From Rhodobacter capsulatus SB 1003 (GTDB taxonomy: Bacteria; Pseudomonadota; Alphaproteobacteria; Rhodobacterales; Rhodobacteraceae), in assembly GCF_000021865.1 (NCBI RefSeq), contig NC_014034.1:3270001-3302000 (forward strand): a DNA stretch of 32,000 nt. Reading direction: 5' to 3'. Both the position numbers and the translations under genes were made by a program. The notes below the pieces were generated by a model. That model searched no databases and was not told the origin of the DNA. It saw only the letters and a program-made list of their open reading frames with translations. Position 1 is the first letter of the stretch. Each line of letters opens with the position of its first letter. This document shows positions 7,782-17,196 of the stretch, piece after piece.

Positions 7782-9362
7782 TTACTCCGCAGGTTGGGTC
7801 AGGGGACGGCGCTTGGCGGCCCAGGCTTCGACCACCTCGATGTCATGCGTCGGCCCCTTGCGGATCGCCGCCAGCATCAGCCGGATCTCGATCACCAGAA
7901 GCACGGTGTAAAGCGTCACGAAGCCCGCCAGCGTCAGCACCACATCCCAGATCGACAGGTTCGACACCGAAAGCGCGGTGGGCAGCAAGCCATCCACCGT
8001 CCAGGGCTGACGGCCGAATTCGGCGACGAACCAGCCGGTTTCGGCGGCAATCCACGGCACCGGGATCGCGAAGACCGCGACCCGCAGCGCCCAGGTCGGG
8101 AAGCGCCCGCCGCGGAAGTTCGAGGTGAAGAACATGTAGCCGATCAGGGCCAGCATGAAGAAGCCAGCCCCCACCATGATCCGGAAGCTCCAGAACAGCG
8201 GCGCCACCTGCGGCACCGTCTTCCAGGCCGCTTCGCTGATCTGCGCGTCGGTGGCCAGTTTCGGATCCTCGACCACCGTCGTCAGCAGCATCGCATAGCC
8301 CAGATCGGCCGAATGCGCCTCGAAGGTGTCCTTGACCTCGGGGGCGACATCGCCTTTCGCGGCGCGGATCTGCAACAGCGCGTCATAGGCGATCACGCCC
8401 GAACGGATCCGCCCCTCGGCCTGGGCCACCAGATCCTTGATGCCGGGCATTTCGGTGGTCAGCGAGCGGGTGCCGATCAGCCCCATCACATAGGGGATCT
8501 TGATCGCATATTTGGTTTCCCGCGCCTCCTGATCGGGGATGCCGAACAGGTTGAACGAGGCGGGCGCCTCCTCGGTGTCCCACATGCCTTCGATCGCGGC
8601 CAGTTTCATGCGCTGGTTATGCGTCGCCTCATAGCCGGACTCGTCGCCCAGCACGATCACCGAGAGGCTCGCCGCCAGACCGAAGGCCGAGGCGACGGCG
8701 ATCGAGCGCCGCGCAAGGTCGATGTGACGGCCGCGCAGCAGATACCAGGCCGAGACGCCGATCACGAAGATCGAGGCGGTCACATAGCCCGCCGAAACGG
8801 TATGGACGAATTTCGCCTGCGCCACCGGGTTGAACAGAACGGCGAAGAAATCGACCAGCTCCATCCGCATCGTCATCGGGTTGAAGACGGCGCCGACCGG
8901 GTTCTGCATCCAGCCATTCGCGATCAGGATCCACAAGGCCGAGAAGTTCGAGCCGATGGCGACGCCCCAGGCCACCAGCATATGCGCCCGCGCCGTCAGC
9001 TTCTCCCAGCCGAAGAACCAGATCCCGACCAGCGTGGCTTCCAGAAAGAACGCCATCAGCCCCTCGATGGCGAGCGGCGCCCCGAAGATGTCGCCGACGT
9101 AATGGCTGTAATAGGCCCAGTTCATGCCGAACTGGAACTCCATCGTGATCCCGGTCGAGACGCCCAGCACGAAGTTGATCCCGAAGAGCGTGCCCCAGAA
9201 TTTCGTCATCTGCCGCCAGATCGGCCGGCCGGTCATCACGAAGACCGTCTCCATCGTCGCGACAAGGATCGACAGACCCAATGTCAGCGGCACGAACAGG
9301 AAGTGATACATCGCTGTCGAGGCAAATTGCAGCCGTGACAGCTCGACTAATCCGAACTCCAT
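7782..9362 (-). CDS. cydA: Cytochrome bd ubiquinol oxidase subunit I
   Basis: Start chosen at ATG 9362, giving MEFGLVELSRLQFASTAMYHFLFVPLTLGL, the conserved CydA N-terminus. It is preceded by GGAGAGAGAG. The ORF-track ATG 9425 would add 21 non-conserved residues. Confidence 0.95.
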   Translation of the reverse strand: MEFGLVELSRLQFASTAMYHFLFVPLTLGLSILVATMETVFVMTGRPIWRQMTKFWGTLFGINFVLGVSTGITMEFQFGMNWAYYSHYVGDIFGAPLAIEGLMAFFLEATLVGIWFFGWEKLTARAHMLVAWGVAIGSNFSALWILIANGWMQNPVGAVFNPMTMRMELVDFFAVLFNPVAQAKFVHTVSAGYVTASIFVIGVSAWYLLRGRHIDLARRSIAVASAFGLAASLSVIVLGDESGYEATHNQRMKLAAIEGMWDTEEAPASFNLFGIPDQEARETKYAIKIPYVMGLIGTRSLTTEMPGIKDLVAQAEGRIRSGVIAYDALLQIRAAKGDVAPEVKDTFEAHSADLGYAMLLTTVVEDPKLATDAQISEAAWKTVPQVAPLFWSFRIMVGAGFFMLALIGYMFFTSNFRGGRFPTWALRVAVFAIPVPWIAAETGWFVAEFGRQPWTVDGLLPTALSVSNLSIWDVVLTLAGFVTLYTVLLVIEIRLMLAAIRKGPTHDIEVVEAWAAKRRPLTQPAE

Positions 9363-9582
9363 CTCTCTCTCCAAGGTGCTCGCCCGCAGCGTCCCTTGCG
9401 GGCATGATGGTTCAGCTATGGCCAAACCCGGCGCGGACCACCCCTGCGCGGCCTGTCGCAGGGGGACAAATTGTCACAGCGGCATTCCGGCAAGGCAGCC
9501 GACCGGGGTCTCGGTCGGCGCCACCTTGGCACCGCCACATGTGCAGTTCAATGAATATGTTGCCGGGATTGCGGAAGGCGCC

Positions 9583-10341
9583 TCAGCGCCGGGTGATCCG
9601 CATCACCAGTTCCTCGCGCAAAAGGCCCTCGTCCTCGCCGCTGTCGCGGGCCAGCCGCTTGAGGCCGAAATGCACCCGGGCGATGTCCTGATAATAGCTG
9701 GTGAAGGCGTAATTCACCGCCGCCCCCGCCACCGCGCCCAGAACCGGCACCGCCTGGGTGGCCAGTTTCTGGCCCAGCACGGCCGCCAGCCGCGGCGCCA
9801 CCTTGGCGATCAGGCTGTTCAGCCCCGGCCCGGTGATCGTCAGCCGCGCCGCCAGAAAGCCCATGTCGGCGCCGTCATCGCGCGCAAGCGGCCCCGCGGC
9901 GGCAAAGACGCGCAGACATTCAAGCCGCACGTCGTCGCTTTCGGGGTCAAAGCCATGTTCGGCGGCGATGCCCTGAATCGCGCGCAACAGCATCGTCACG
10001 GTGAAGGGCAGTTCGGCGAGCGCCCCGGGCAGACCGCCGACGCCGCCCGCCGCCCCCATCGCCGTCGTCAGCGCGGTGTTGATCCAGTCGGGCCGGTCCG
10101 CCACCACCTCGCGCGAGCGGGTGGCGACGGTGAAGGCGGTTTCCAGCGCCCGTTCGGTGGCGCCCTCCAGCCGGTCGCGGACCGGGCTGGCCAGCTTGCC
10201 CAGAACCGTCTCGGCGCCGGTGCCAACGAGCGTGATCACCTGCATCATCGGCCCCGAGGCGGCGCGATGCCGCCGCGCCAGCAGGTCCAGTTCCGCCGTC
10301 AGGCGCTTGTCGGTGACCGGATACAGGATTTCAGGTTGCAT
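9583..10341 (-). CDS. EcsC-family protein
   Basis: 252 aa. It has a Gly-rich segment followed by LAELPFTVTMLLRAIQGIAAEHGFDP, which I recall as typical of the EcsC family (PF12787). Recognition is from memory only. Confidence 0.65.
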   Translation of the reverse strand: MQPEILYPVTDKRLTAELDLLARRHRAASGPMMQVITLVGTGAETVLGKLASPVRDRLEGATERALETAFTVATRSREVVADRPDWINTALTTAMGAAGGVGGLPGALAELPFTVTMLLRAIQGIAAEHGFDPESDDVRLECLRVFAAAGPLARDDGADMGFLAARLTITGPGLNSLIAKVAPRLAAVLGQKLATQAVPVLGAVAGAAVNYAFTSYYQDIARVHFGLKRLARDSGEDEGLLREELVMRITRR

Positions 10342-10393
10342 GGCTCCCCCTTGGCTGCCCCGGATATGGGAAGGCCGGGCCGGGGGCGAAAGA

Positions 10394-10879
10394 TCAGGGC
10401 AGGAACTTTTCCACCGGGCCGCGCACGCCCTCCCACGCCCCGGGGATCAGCTCCAGCGCCAGAACCCGGTCGGGGTTGGTGGGGGGCGGCATCTCCACCC
10501 CCTCGATCTTTTCGAAGCCGAAGCGGTTGTAATAGGGCGCGTCGCCCACCAGCAGCACCCGTTCCCAGCCCAGACGCCGCGCCTCGGCCAGGCTTTCATG
10601 CATCAAAAGACCGCCCAGCCCCTCGCCCTGCCGCGTCGGGTGGACCGCCACGGGGCCCAGAAGCAGCACGCGCTGCCCGCCGACCCTGACCGGCCAGTAG
10701 CGGATCACCGCCGCCAGAACGCCATCTTCGCGCAACACAAGGCACAGCGGCGCCACCTTTTCGACGCCATCGCGCAGCCGGTAGGACGAGAGCGCGGTTC
10801 GGCCCGGGGCGAAACACAGGTCATAAAGTGCCTCGACCTCCCACCAGTCGGCTTCGGTCTCTTCCTCGAGCTGATACAT
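10394..10879 (-). CDS. GNAT family N-acetyltransferase
   Basis: Start at ATG 10879 (MYQLEEETEADWWEVEALYD). It carries the acetyl-CoA binding motif region VHPTRQGEGLGGLLM (Q/RxxGxG/A). Confidence 0.8.
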   Translation of the reverse strand: MYQLEEETEADWWEVEALYDLCFAPGRTALSSYRLRDGVEKVAPLCLVLREDGVLAAVIRYWPVRVGGQRVLLLGPVAVHPTRQGEGLGGLLMHESLAEARRLGWERVLLVGDAPYYNRFGFEKIEGVEMPPPTNPDRVLALELIPGAWEGVRGPVEKFLP

Positions 10880-10956
10880 GCCCCGACCCTTTGCGATTCG
10901 CCCTCGAAAGGCGCCTAACACGCGGTTATGTCAGGTTCAAATCAAAGGAGCCGCGC

Positions 10957-11547
10957 ATGTTCTACCGCCCCGACAAGGGTCACGACCTGCCCCATGATCC
11001 GTTCCACGCCATCGTCGCGCCGCGCCCCATCGGCTGGATCTCGACGCGCGGGCAGATGGGCGACAATCTGGCGCCCTATTCGTTTTTCACCGCCGTTTCG
11101 GCCAGCCCGGCGCAGGTGGTCTTTGCCTCGACCGCGACAAAGCCCGACCGTGGCGACACGAAGGATACGGTGACGCAGATCCGCGAAAGCGGGGTGTTTT
11201 GCGTGAACCTTGTCAGCTCGGCGCTGGCGGCGCAGATGAACGCGACCTCGGCGATGCTGGCGGCGGGCGAGGATGAGTTTCTGGCCGCGGGGCTGGAAAA
11301 GGCACCCTGCGAGGTGATCGATTGCGCGCGGGTGGCGGCAGCGCCTGCGGCGCTGGAATGCCGTCTGGTGCAGATCGTGCCGCTGCTGGGGCAAAGCAAC
11401 TTTCTGGTGCATGGCGCGGTGGTCGGCGTGCATATCCGCCCCGATTGCCTGATCGACGGCCGTTACCTGCCGCCCGACCGGCTGAGCCGTCTGGGCTACA
11501 TGGATTACGCGACGGTGACCGAGACCTTCGAGATGGCGCGGCCCTGA
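10957..11547 (+). CDS. Flavin reductase family protein (FMN-binding split barrel)
   Basis: ATG 10957 is preceded by AAAGGAG (10943-10949). PRPIGWISTRGQMGDNLAPYSFFTAVSASPAQVVFAS is the characteristic flavin reductase-like N-terminal motif. Confidence 0.85.
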   Translation: MFYRPDKGHDLPHDPFHAIVAPRPIGWISTRGQMGDNLAPYSFFTAVSASPAQVVFASTATKPDRGDTKDTVTQIRESGVFCVNLVSSALAAQMNATSAMLAAGEDEFLAAGLEKAPCEVIDCARVAAAPAALECRLVQIVPLLGQSNFLVHGAVVGVHIRPDCLIDGRYLPPDRLSRLGYMDYATVTETFEMARP

Positions 11548-11788
11548 AGCGTCGGGCAGGTCTGGCCGAGGCCATTGCCGAGGCCCCGCGAAACAGCGGT
11601 CCCGTGACCGCCGGGGCGCCAAAGCGTCCCGGCCAGCGCCCGCCCCGCCCATGGCGGGCGCTTCTCGCCCGCCGGGACGGGCGCCGGCCTCTGGTCCGCT
11701 TGCGGCAAACGGTCTTGGCCCGGCCCGGGCGCGACGGGCGGGGAAAGGCGGTGCCTTTCCTGATCCGCCCGAACCGGCCCCGGCCGGA

Positions 11789-13030
11789 TCAGCCCCCGGC
11801 CCTCCGGCGCTTGCCCGCTTCGATCGCCTGTTCGAACAGCGCCATGTAGCGCGGCGCGACCTGATCCAGATGATAGGCCCGGCCGCGTTCCGCCGCCGCC
11901 GCGCCCAGCCGCGCGCGCAGGGCCGGATCGCCCGCCAGCCGCTCGATCGCGGCGATCCACTGATCATCCTCGCCGTTTTCGCCCACCGGCAGCAGCACGC
12001 CGTTCACCCCGTCCTCGATCATCTCGGGGGCAAAGGTCGCGTTCGAGGCGATCACCGGCTTGCCGCGGGCCAGGATCTCCATCAGCCCCCAGTTCCCCAC
12101 CCCGAAGCGCAGCGGGTAAAGGAACAGATCGACCTGCGCCAGCGCCTCGACAAAGGTGTCATAGGGCAGCTTGCCCGGAAACAGGATGCGCTCGCCCCCG
12201 GCCGGATAGGTCCGCACCAGATATTCGGCGAAACTCGCCCCCTTGCGGAAATGGCGCTCGACCCATTGCTGTTCATAGCCATAGGTCGTGGCCTTGGGAT
12301 CGCCGATCGCGGCGAAGCGGATGCCCAGCCGATCCGCCGTGCCCTCGCGCACCAGCCGGTCGACCAGCCGCACGAAAATGTCGAAGCCCTTGCAATTCGA
12401 CAGATCGCGGGCGGAAAAGCCGATGGTGAAGGGGCCCGGCGGCGCGGGCGGCAGCGGCTTGATCTCGAAGCCCTCGAACTGCACCGCCACGCGCGGCTGC
12501 AATTCGGCAGGCAACAGGCTGCGCGCATAGGCCGAGGGCATGATCGTCAGATCCGATTTCAGGATCTGATGATAGCTCAGCATCTCCATGTTGCGGTCGG
12601 AAAGCCGCTGGCTGAGATCGGGCGGATAGCGCGGATCCCAGCCATGCGCGGCATAACTGGGAAATTCGACATAGGAGGCGATGGCGGCGTCGATCTCGTC
12701 ATAAAGAAACAGCGGCGCCCCCCACATGCCATGGGCAAAGACCAGATCGATGCGGGTCTTGCGGCGCAGCTCGGTCAGCGCGGTCAGCACGCCGCGCGAA
12801 ATCCGCGCCGAGCGTTCCGCCCGGTCGGAATAATAGTAGCCTTGCGCGCCGGTGATCTGCCCGTCGGCGGTGAAGGGCAGCAGGCGGCTGTATTTGCCGC
12901 CGTGGGTTTTCACATGGCCCCTGGAGGTCAGATACCAGGTCTCGGCCAGACCGGCCGCGTGCAGATATTCGGCAAGGCCGTTGAACTGGCCCGGGGTGAC
13001 GGCGGAAACAAAGACGATCACAGGTTTCAT
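11789..13030 (-). CDS. Glycosyltransferase, GT4 / glycosyl transferase group 1 type
   Basis: 413 aa. The C-terminal half has a GT-B motif region: GNWGLMEILARGKPVIASNATFAPEMIEDGVNGVLLP (E-x7-E-like). The acceptor and donor are unknown. Confidence 0.78.
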   Translation of the reverse strand: MKPVIVFVSAVTPGQFNGLAEYLHAAGLAETWYLTSRGHVKTHGGKYSRLLPFTADGQITGAQGYYYSDRAERSARISRGVLTALTELRRKTRIDLVFAHGMWGAPLFLYDEIDAAIASYVEFPSYAAHGWDPRYPPDLSQRLSDRNMEMLSYHQILKSDLTIMPSAYARSLLPAELQPRVAVQFEGFEIKPLPPAPPGPFTIGFSARDLSNCKGFDIFVRLVDRLVREGTADRLGIRFAAIGDPKATTYGYEQQWVERHFRKGASFAEYLVRTYPAGGERILFPGKLPYDTFVEALAQVDLFLYPLRFGVGNWGLMEILARGKPVIASNATFAPEMIEDGVNGVLLPVGENGEDDQWIAAIERLAGDPALRARLGAAAAERGRAYHLDQVAPRYMALFEQAIEAGKRRRAGG

Positions 13031-13059
13031 GCGCGCAGGTTAGGCGCGGGGAAATGGCC

Positions 13060-13112
13060 GTGCAAGCGGGGCTCTGCCCCGCACCCCGGGATATTTCGGG
13101 CAAGATAAAGGG
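13060..13112 (-). repeat. Intergenic repeat family, copy B (inverted orientation)
   Basis: The reverse complement reads cCTTTATCTTGCccgAAATATCCCGGGGtGCGGGGcagagCCCCGC. The head matches copy C (CTTTATCTTGCC, AAATATCCC). It abuts the EamA stop codon. Confidence 0.7.
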
Positions 13113-14000
13113 TCAGGGTTTCAGACGCCTTGCGCCCGCCAGAAGCGTGTAGACGCCCGAGGCGACGACAAGGGCCGCGCCTGCCAGCGTCGCACCATCC
13201 AGGCTTTCGCGGAAGACGAGGATGCCAAGGACCAGCGCGAAAAGCAGCCTTGTGTAGCGGAAGGGGGTGACGACGGCGACTTCGCCCGTCCGCATCGCCT
13301 TGGTCAGCGCCCAATAGGCGGTGACGCCAAAAAGCACCGCGCCCAGCACCGGCAGCAGGGTCGCGGGGGCGGGAACGCCCGCGCCGCCGGTGACGGCCAG
13401 GATGAGGCCGCCCGCAGGAATGAGCGCGGCAAAGCCGTAAAAGCCGAGCTGGAAATTCGTCAGCACCTTGGGCGCGGCACGGGTGGCCAGATCGCGCCCG
13501 GCAAAGCCCAGAAGGCCCAGCACGGTCCAGAGTGCGGCGGGCACGAAGCCGTCCAGCCCCGGGCGCAGGATCACCAGCACGCCCAGAAAGCCGATGCCGA
13601 CCGCCACCCAGCGCGCTGCCCCCACCCGTTCGCGAAAGATCAGCGCCGCCCCCGCGACAACCACAAGCGGCGTCGCCTGCAAAATCGCCGAGGCATTCGA
13701 CAGGGGCGTCAGCGCGATGCCGAGCGTGTAGCCCAGCCGCCCGGTGATCTCGAACCCGGCCTTGACCCCCATCAGCCGGCTGGCCACCGCCGGATGCCAG
13801 AGCCCCTGCCCCGAGGCCAGCGCCAGCGCCGCAAAGCAGATCATCCCGCCCAGCCCGAACAGCATCAGCACCTCGCCCACCGGCAGCGCCTTTGCCGCCT
13901 GTTTGACGAACATGTCCTCGAGCGCGAAAAGCGCCATCGCCAGCGTCATCAGCCCCGCGCCGCGGATATTCTCGGCGCCCAGTTCGCTGCGGTGATCCAT
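13113..14000 (-). CDS. DMT superfamily (EamA-like) transporter
   Basis: 295 aa with about 10 hydrophobic segments arranged as two EamA-like repeats. Confidence 0.85.
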   Translation of the reverse strand: MDHRSELGAENIRGAGLMTLAMALFALEDMFVKQAAKALPVGEVLMLFGLGGMICFAALALASGQGLWHPAVASRLMGVKAGFEITGRLGYTLGIALTPLSNASAILQATPLVVVAGAALIFRERVGAARWVAVGIGFLGVLVILRPGLDGFVPAALWTVLGLLGFAGRDLATRAAPKVLTNFQLGFYGFAALIPAGGLILAVTGGAGVPAPATLLPVLGAVLFGVTAYWALTKAMRTGEVAVVTPFRYTRLLFALVLGILVFRESLDGATLAGAALVVASGVYTLLAGARRLKP

Positions 14001-14011
14001 GCTCTCTCCCT

Positions 14012-14046
14012 GCTCTGAGGTGTAAATATGACGCGGAGCGGCAGAG
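14012..14046 (+). repeat. Intergenic repeat family, partial or degenerate copy E
   Basis: gctctgaGGTGTAAATAtgacgcgGAGCGGCAgAG compares with copy D GGTGTAAATAcgccggggtGAGCGGCAaAG. There is no GC hairpin tail. Confidence 0.35.
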
Positions 14047-14122
14047 TTCTATGGTCTTTTCCGATCCGCCCCGCCCGCCTAAGCTGCGCGCGGCCGCGAA
14101 GGGCCAGGGCGAGGACTTTGGA

Positions 14123-15001
14123 ATGACTGCAGACCGGATGATCGGGGTGATGGGGGGCTCGGGTGTCTATGACATCGACGGGCTCGAAGATGCGACATGG
14201 CAGCCGGTGGAGACCCCCTTTGGCGCGCCCTCGGACGAGATCCTGACCGGGCGGCTCCATGGCGTGCGGATGGCCTTTCTGCCGCGGCACGGGCGGGGGC
14301 ACCGCTTCACCCCCTCGACGGTGAATTACCGCGCCAATATCGCGGCGATGAAGATGATGGGCGTGACCGATCTGGTCGCCGTTTCGGCCGTGGGCAGCCT
14401 GAAAGAGGAATACGCGCCCGGCGATTTCGTCATCGTCGATCAATATATCGACCGCACCTTTGCCCGGGTGAAGAGCTTTTTCGAGACCGGGCTTGTGGGC
14501 CATGTCTCGGTCGCGCATCCGGTTTGCGGCAGGCTTTCCGCCCATTGCGCCGAGGCCGCGCGGGCGACGGGCGTCAAGGTCCACGAGGGCGGCACCTATG
14601 TCGCGATGGAGGGGCCGCAATTCTCGACCCTGGCCGAAAGCCGTCTTTACCGCAGCTGGGGCGCCGATGTGATCGGCATGACCGGCATGCCCGAGGCGAA
14701 ATTGGCGCGCGAGGCCGAGCTGTGCTATGCCTGCGTCGCGATGGTGACCGATTACGATTGCTGGCACCCGGACCACGATGCGGTCGATGTGGCGCAGGTG
14801 GTGGCCACGGCGATTGCCAATGCAGACAAGGCACGGTCGCTTGTGGCCGCCCTGCCCGCGCTCCTCAAGGGCCCGGCCGTTCCTTGCGAAAAGGGCTGCA
14901 CCCATGTGCTTGATGGTGCGATCATGACCGCCCCCGCCAAACGCGACCCCGAAGTGATTGCCCGACTGATGCCCGTGATGGGCCGCGTCCTGAAAGGCTG
15001 A
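14123..15001 (+). CDS. mtnP: S-methyl-5'-thioadenosine phosphorylase
   Basis: Start at ATG 14123 (MTADRMIGVMGGSGVYD). The FLPRHGRGHRFTPSTVNYRANI and GMTGMPEAKLAREAE motifs are typical of the MTAP/PNP family. Confidence 0.9.
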   Translation: MTADRMIGVMGGSGVYDIDGLEDATWQPVETPFGAPSDEILTGRLHGVRMAFLPRHGRGHRFTPSTVNYRANIAAMKMMGVTDLVAVSAVGSLKEEYAPGDFVIVDQYIDRTFARVKSFFETGLVGHVSVAHPVCGRLSAHCAEAARATGVKVHEGGTYVAMEGPQFSTLAESRLYRSWGADVIGMTGMPEAKLAREAELCYACVAMVTDYDCWHPDHDAVDVAQVVATAIANADKARSLVAALPALLKGPAVPCEKGCTHVLDGAIMTAPAKRDPEVIARLMPVMGRVLKG

Positions 15002-15004
15002 CCG

Positions 15005-15535
15005 ATGAAGACCGTCAAGGATTACATCCGCACCATCGCCGATTTCCCGCATGAGGGGATCATGTTCCGCGATGTCACCACGCTCTTTGCCGATCCGCGC
15101 GGCTTCCGCATGGCGATCGACCAGCTTCTGCACCCCTGGGCGGGCGAGCAGATCGACAAGGTCGTCGGCCTTGAGGCGCGCGGCTTCATTCTGGGCGGCG
15201 CCATCGCGCACCAGCTGTCCAAGGGCTTCGTGCCGATCCGGAAAAAGGGCAAGCTGCCCGGGCAGACGATTTCGCAATCCTACAAGCTCGAATATGGCGA
15301 AGCGATCATGGAGCTGCATGACGACGCGATCCAGCCGGGCGAAAAGGTGCTGGTGGTCGATGATCTGCTGGCGACGGGCGGCACCTGCGAGGCGGCGATC
15401 AAGCTGGTCGAGCGTCTGGGCGGCGAGATTGTCGGCTGTTCCTTCATCGTCGATCTGCCGGAACTGGGCGGGCGCAACCTGCTGCGCGATCTGGGCATGC
15501 AGGTGCATGTGCTGTGCGAATTCGACGGCGCGTAA
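15005..15535 (+). CDS. apt: Adenine phosphoribosyltransferase
   Basis: 176 aa. It has the [16 protein letters not shown]-terminus and the PRPP-binding motif [13 protein letters not shown]. The start lies 3 nt after the mtnP stop. Confidence 0.95.
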   Translation: MKTVKDYIRTIADFPHEGIMFRDVTTLFADPRGFRMAIDQLLHPWAGEQIDKVVGLEARGFILGGAIAHQLSKGFVPIRKKGKLPGQTISQSYKLEYGEAIMELHDDAIQPGEKVLVVDDLLATGGTCEAAIKLVERLGGEIVGCSFIVDLPELGGRNLLRDLGMQVHVLCEFDGA

Positions 15536-15556
15536 GGCGCTGACACATCCTGCAGA

Positions 15557-15582
15557 GGTGCCCTTCGGGGCGCCTTTTCCTT
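15557..15582 (+). terminator. Putative intrinsic terminator of apt
   Basis: The stem ggtgccc / gggcgcc (one G-U pair) closes a TTCG tetraloop and is followed by TTTTCCTT. Confidence 0.6.
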
Positions 15583-15721
15583 GCCCCGACAAGCGGTCTT
15601 TCGGCAGGATTTTCCCGGGTGCAGAGAAGATAAATCTCCAGGGTTAATCCGGTTAACCTTTTGAAAACCCGAATCGCGCTACTCAGAACGGGCCTGATGG
15701 TTCGGCTGCTTGCAACACGTG

Positions 15722-15760
15722 AACCAAAAGTGCAGCGCCCTGCCTACCCCGGCAGGGCGC
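15722..15760 (-). terminator. Putative intrinsic terminator of the FAD oxidase gene
   Basis: 10-bp stem gcgccctgcc (15735-15744) / ggcagggcgc (15751-15760). On the minus strand it is followed by TGCACTTTTGG. Confidence 0.6.
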
Positions 15761-15778
15761 ATTCCTTTCCGGCTCCGC

Positions 15779-17188
15779 TCAGCTTGCGGCGGGCAGGATC
15801 ACCCCGGGATTGAGGATGCCGCGCGGATCCAGCGCCGATTTGATCGCCCGCATCATCTCCATCTTCGCCGGGTCCGCGCTGCGCGCCAGCTCGCCCACCT
15901 TCAGCCGCCCGATGCCGTGTTCGGCCGAAATCGAGCCGTCGAAACTGTCCACGACCAGCCGATGCACCGCCGCCATCACCGCGCTGCGGATCGGCTCGTA
16001 ATCGTCGCGCCGCCGCCCCCCGGCCGGGAAGACGTTGAAATGCAGGTTGCCGTCGCCGACATGGCCGAAACAGTTGATGCGAAAATCGCCCATATCGGCC
16101 AGCCGCTCGGTCGCGGCGGCGATGAAGGCGGGAATGTCGGCCACCGGCACGGCGATGTCATGGCTGGAAATCGCGCCGATGCGCCGGTTGGCCAGCGGGA
16201 TCGATTCGCGCATCGCCCAAAGCGCTGCCGCCTGCGCCCCCGATTGCGCCACGACCGCATCCGTCACCAGATCGCCCGCGGCCTCGTACAGATCGGCGAA
16301 GGCCGCCTCGGCCGCCATCCCGGCGGGCAGGCCCAGCTCGATCAGCACCGACCAGTCGGGATCGGCGGCAAAGGGCAGCGCCACCTCGGGGCCGACTTCG
16401 CGCAAGAACGCCAGCCCCTGCCCCGAGATCAGTTCAAAGGCCGAGACACAGCCCGCAAACCGCGCCTGTGCGAGGCCGAGAAGCTGCACCGCCGCCGCGG
16501 GGGACGGCACGGCCATGAGCGCCACCCCCTCGACCGCGGGGGGCTCGTGCAGCCGCAGACTGGCCGCGGTGATGATCCCCAAAGACCCTTCCGAGCCGAT
16601 GATCAGATCGCGCAGATCATAGCCGGTGTTGTCCTTGGCCAGCCGCTTCAGCCCGTGCCAGATCGTGCCATCGGCCAGCACGACCTCCAGCCCCAGACAC
16701 AAAGCCCGCGCCGAGCCATAGCGCAGCACGTTCACCCCGCCCGCATTGGTCGCCAGACAGCCGCCGATCTGCGCGGAACCTTGCGAGGCCAGCGTCAGCG
16801 GAAAGCGCTTGCCCGCCGCCGCCGCCGCGTCCTGCACCGCCTGCAGCGTCGCCCCCGCCTCGATCACCAGCGCCTGCGGCGTGACCTGTCGCACCGCCCG
16901 CATCCGCTCCAGGCTGAGAAGCACCGGCGCCGGCCCCTCGGGCGCCACCTGCCCGCCGACCAGCCCGGTGCCGCCGCCAAAGGGCACGACCCCCACGGCT
17001 TCGGCATGACAAAAGGCCAGAAGCGCCGAGACCTGCGCCACGCTTTCCGGCCGCGCCAGCACCCCCGCCTGACCGCGCCAACGTCCGCGCGGCTCTTCCA
17101 GATAGCGCGGCTCGGCCTCCCCCAGCCACAGCCCCGGCACCGCCACGGCCAGTCGTTTCACAAAAGCAGCATCCGCCGGGTTCAGCAC
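15779..17188 (-). CDS. FAD-binding oxidoreductase (GlcD / D-2-hydroxyacid dehydrogenase-like)
   Basis: 469 aa with a GTG start at 17188. It has an FAD_binding_4-like N-half (VVPFGGGTGLVGG) and an FAD-oxidase C-terminal end (ISAEHGIGRLK...LDPRGILNPG). Confidence 0.9.
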   Translation of the reverse strand: MLNPADAAFVKRLAVAVPGLWLGEAEPRYLEEPRGRWRGQAGVLARPESVAQVSALLAFCHAEAVGVVPFGGGTGLVGGQVAPEGPAPVLLSLERMRAVRQVTPQALVIEAGATLQAVQDAAAAAGKRFPLTLASQGSAQIGGCLATNAGGVNVLRYGSARALCLGLEVVLADGTIWHGLKRLAKDNTGYDLRDLIIGSEGSLGIITAASLRLHEPPAVEGVALMAVPSPAAAVQLLGLAQARFAGCVSAFELISGQGLAFLREVGPEVALPFAADPDWSVLIELGLPAGMAAEAAFADLYEAAGDLVTDAVVAQSGAQAAALWAMRESIPLANRRIGAISSHDIAVPVADIPAFIAAATERLADMGDFRINCFGHVGDGNLHFNVFPAGGRRRDDYEPIRSAVMAAVHRLVVDSFDGSISAEHGIGRLKVGELARSADPAKMEMMRAIKSALDPRGILNPGVILPAAS

Positions 17189-17196
17189 GGCTTTCC

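Noticed and set aside
6308-9338. Long plus-strand ORFs (6308..8128 and 7776..9338) across cydB/cydA
   Set aside because: They are antisense to clearly conserved cydA and cydB. Their composition is dominated by R, D, H, P, G and Q runs (for example HRRDQHDEQRHLRRG), so they are GC-bias artefacts.
11548-11788. 241-nt GC-rich gap between the convergent flavin reductase and glycosyltransferase genes, checked for a hidden gene, RNA or repeat copy
   Set aside because: The only ORFs are R/P/G-rich artefacts. The gap contains ordinary GC hairpins (for example agcgcccgc...gcgggcgct and ggaaaggc-ggt-gcctttcc) consistent with terminators. The tcttggcccggcccggg stretch lacks the AAATA core, so I do not count it as a repeat-family copy.
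15644-15657. TTAAtccggTTAAC, considered as a CtrA box
   Set aside because: The spacing is N5, not the N7 required by the CtrA consensus. It also lies between convergent gene ends, where no promoter is expected.
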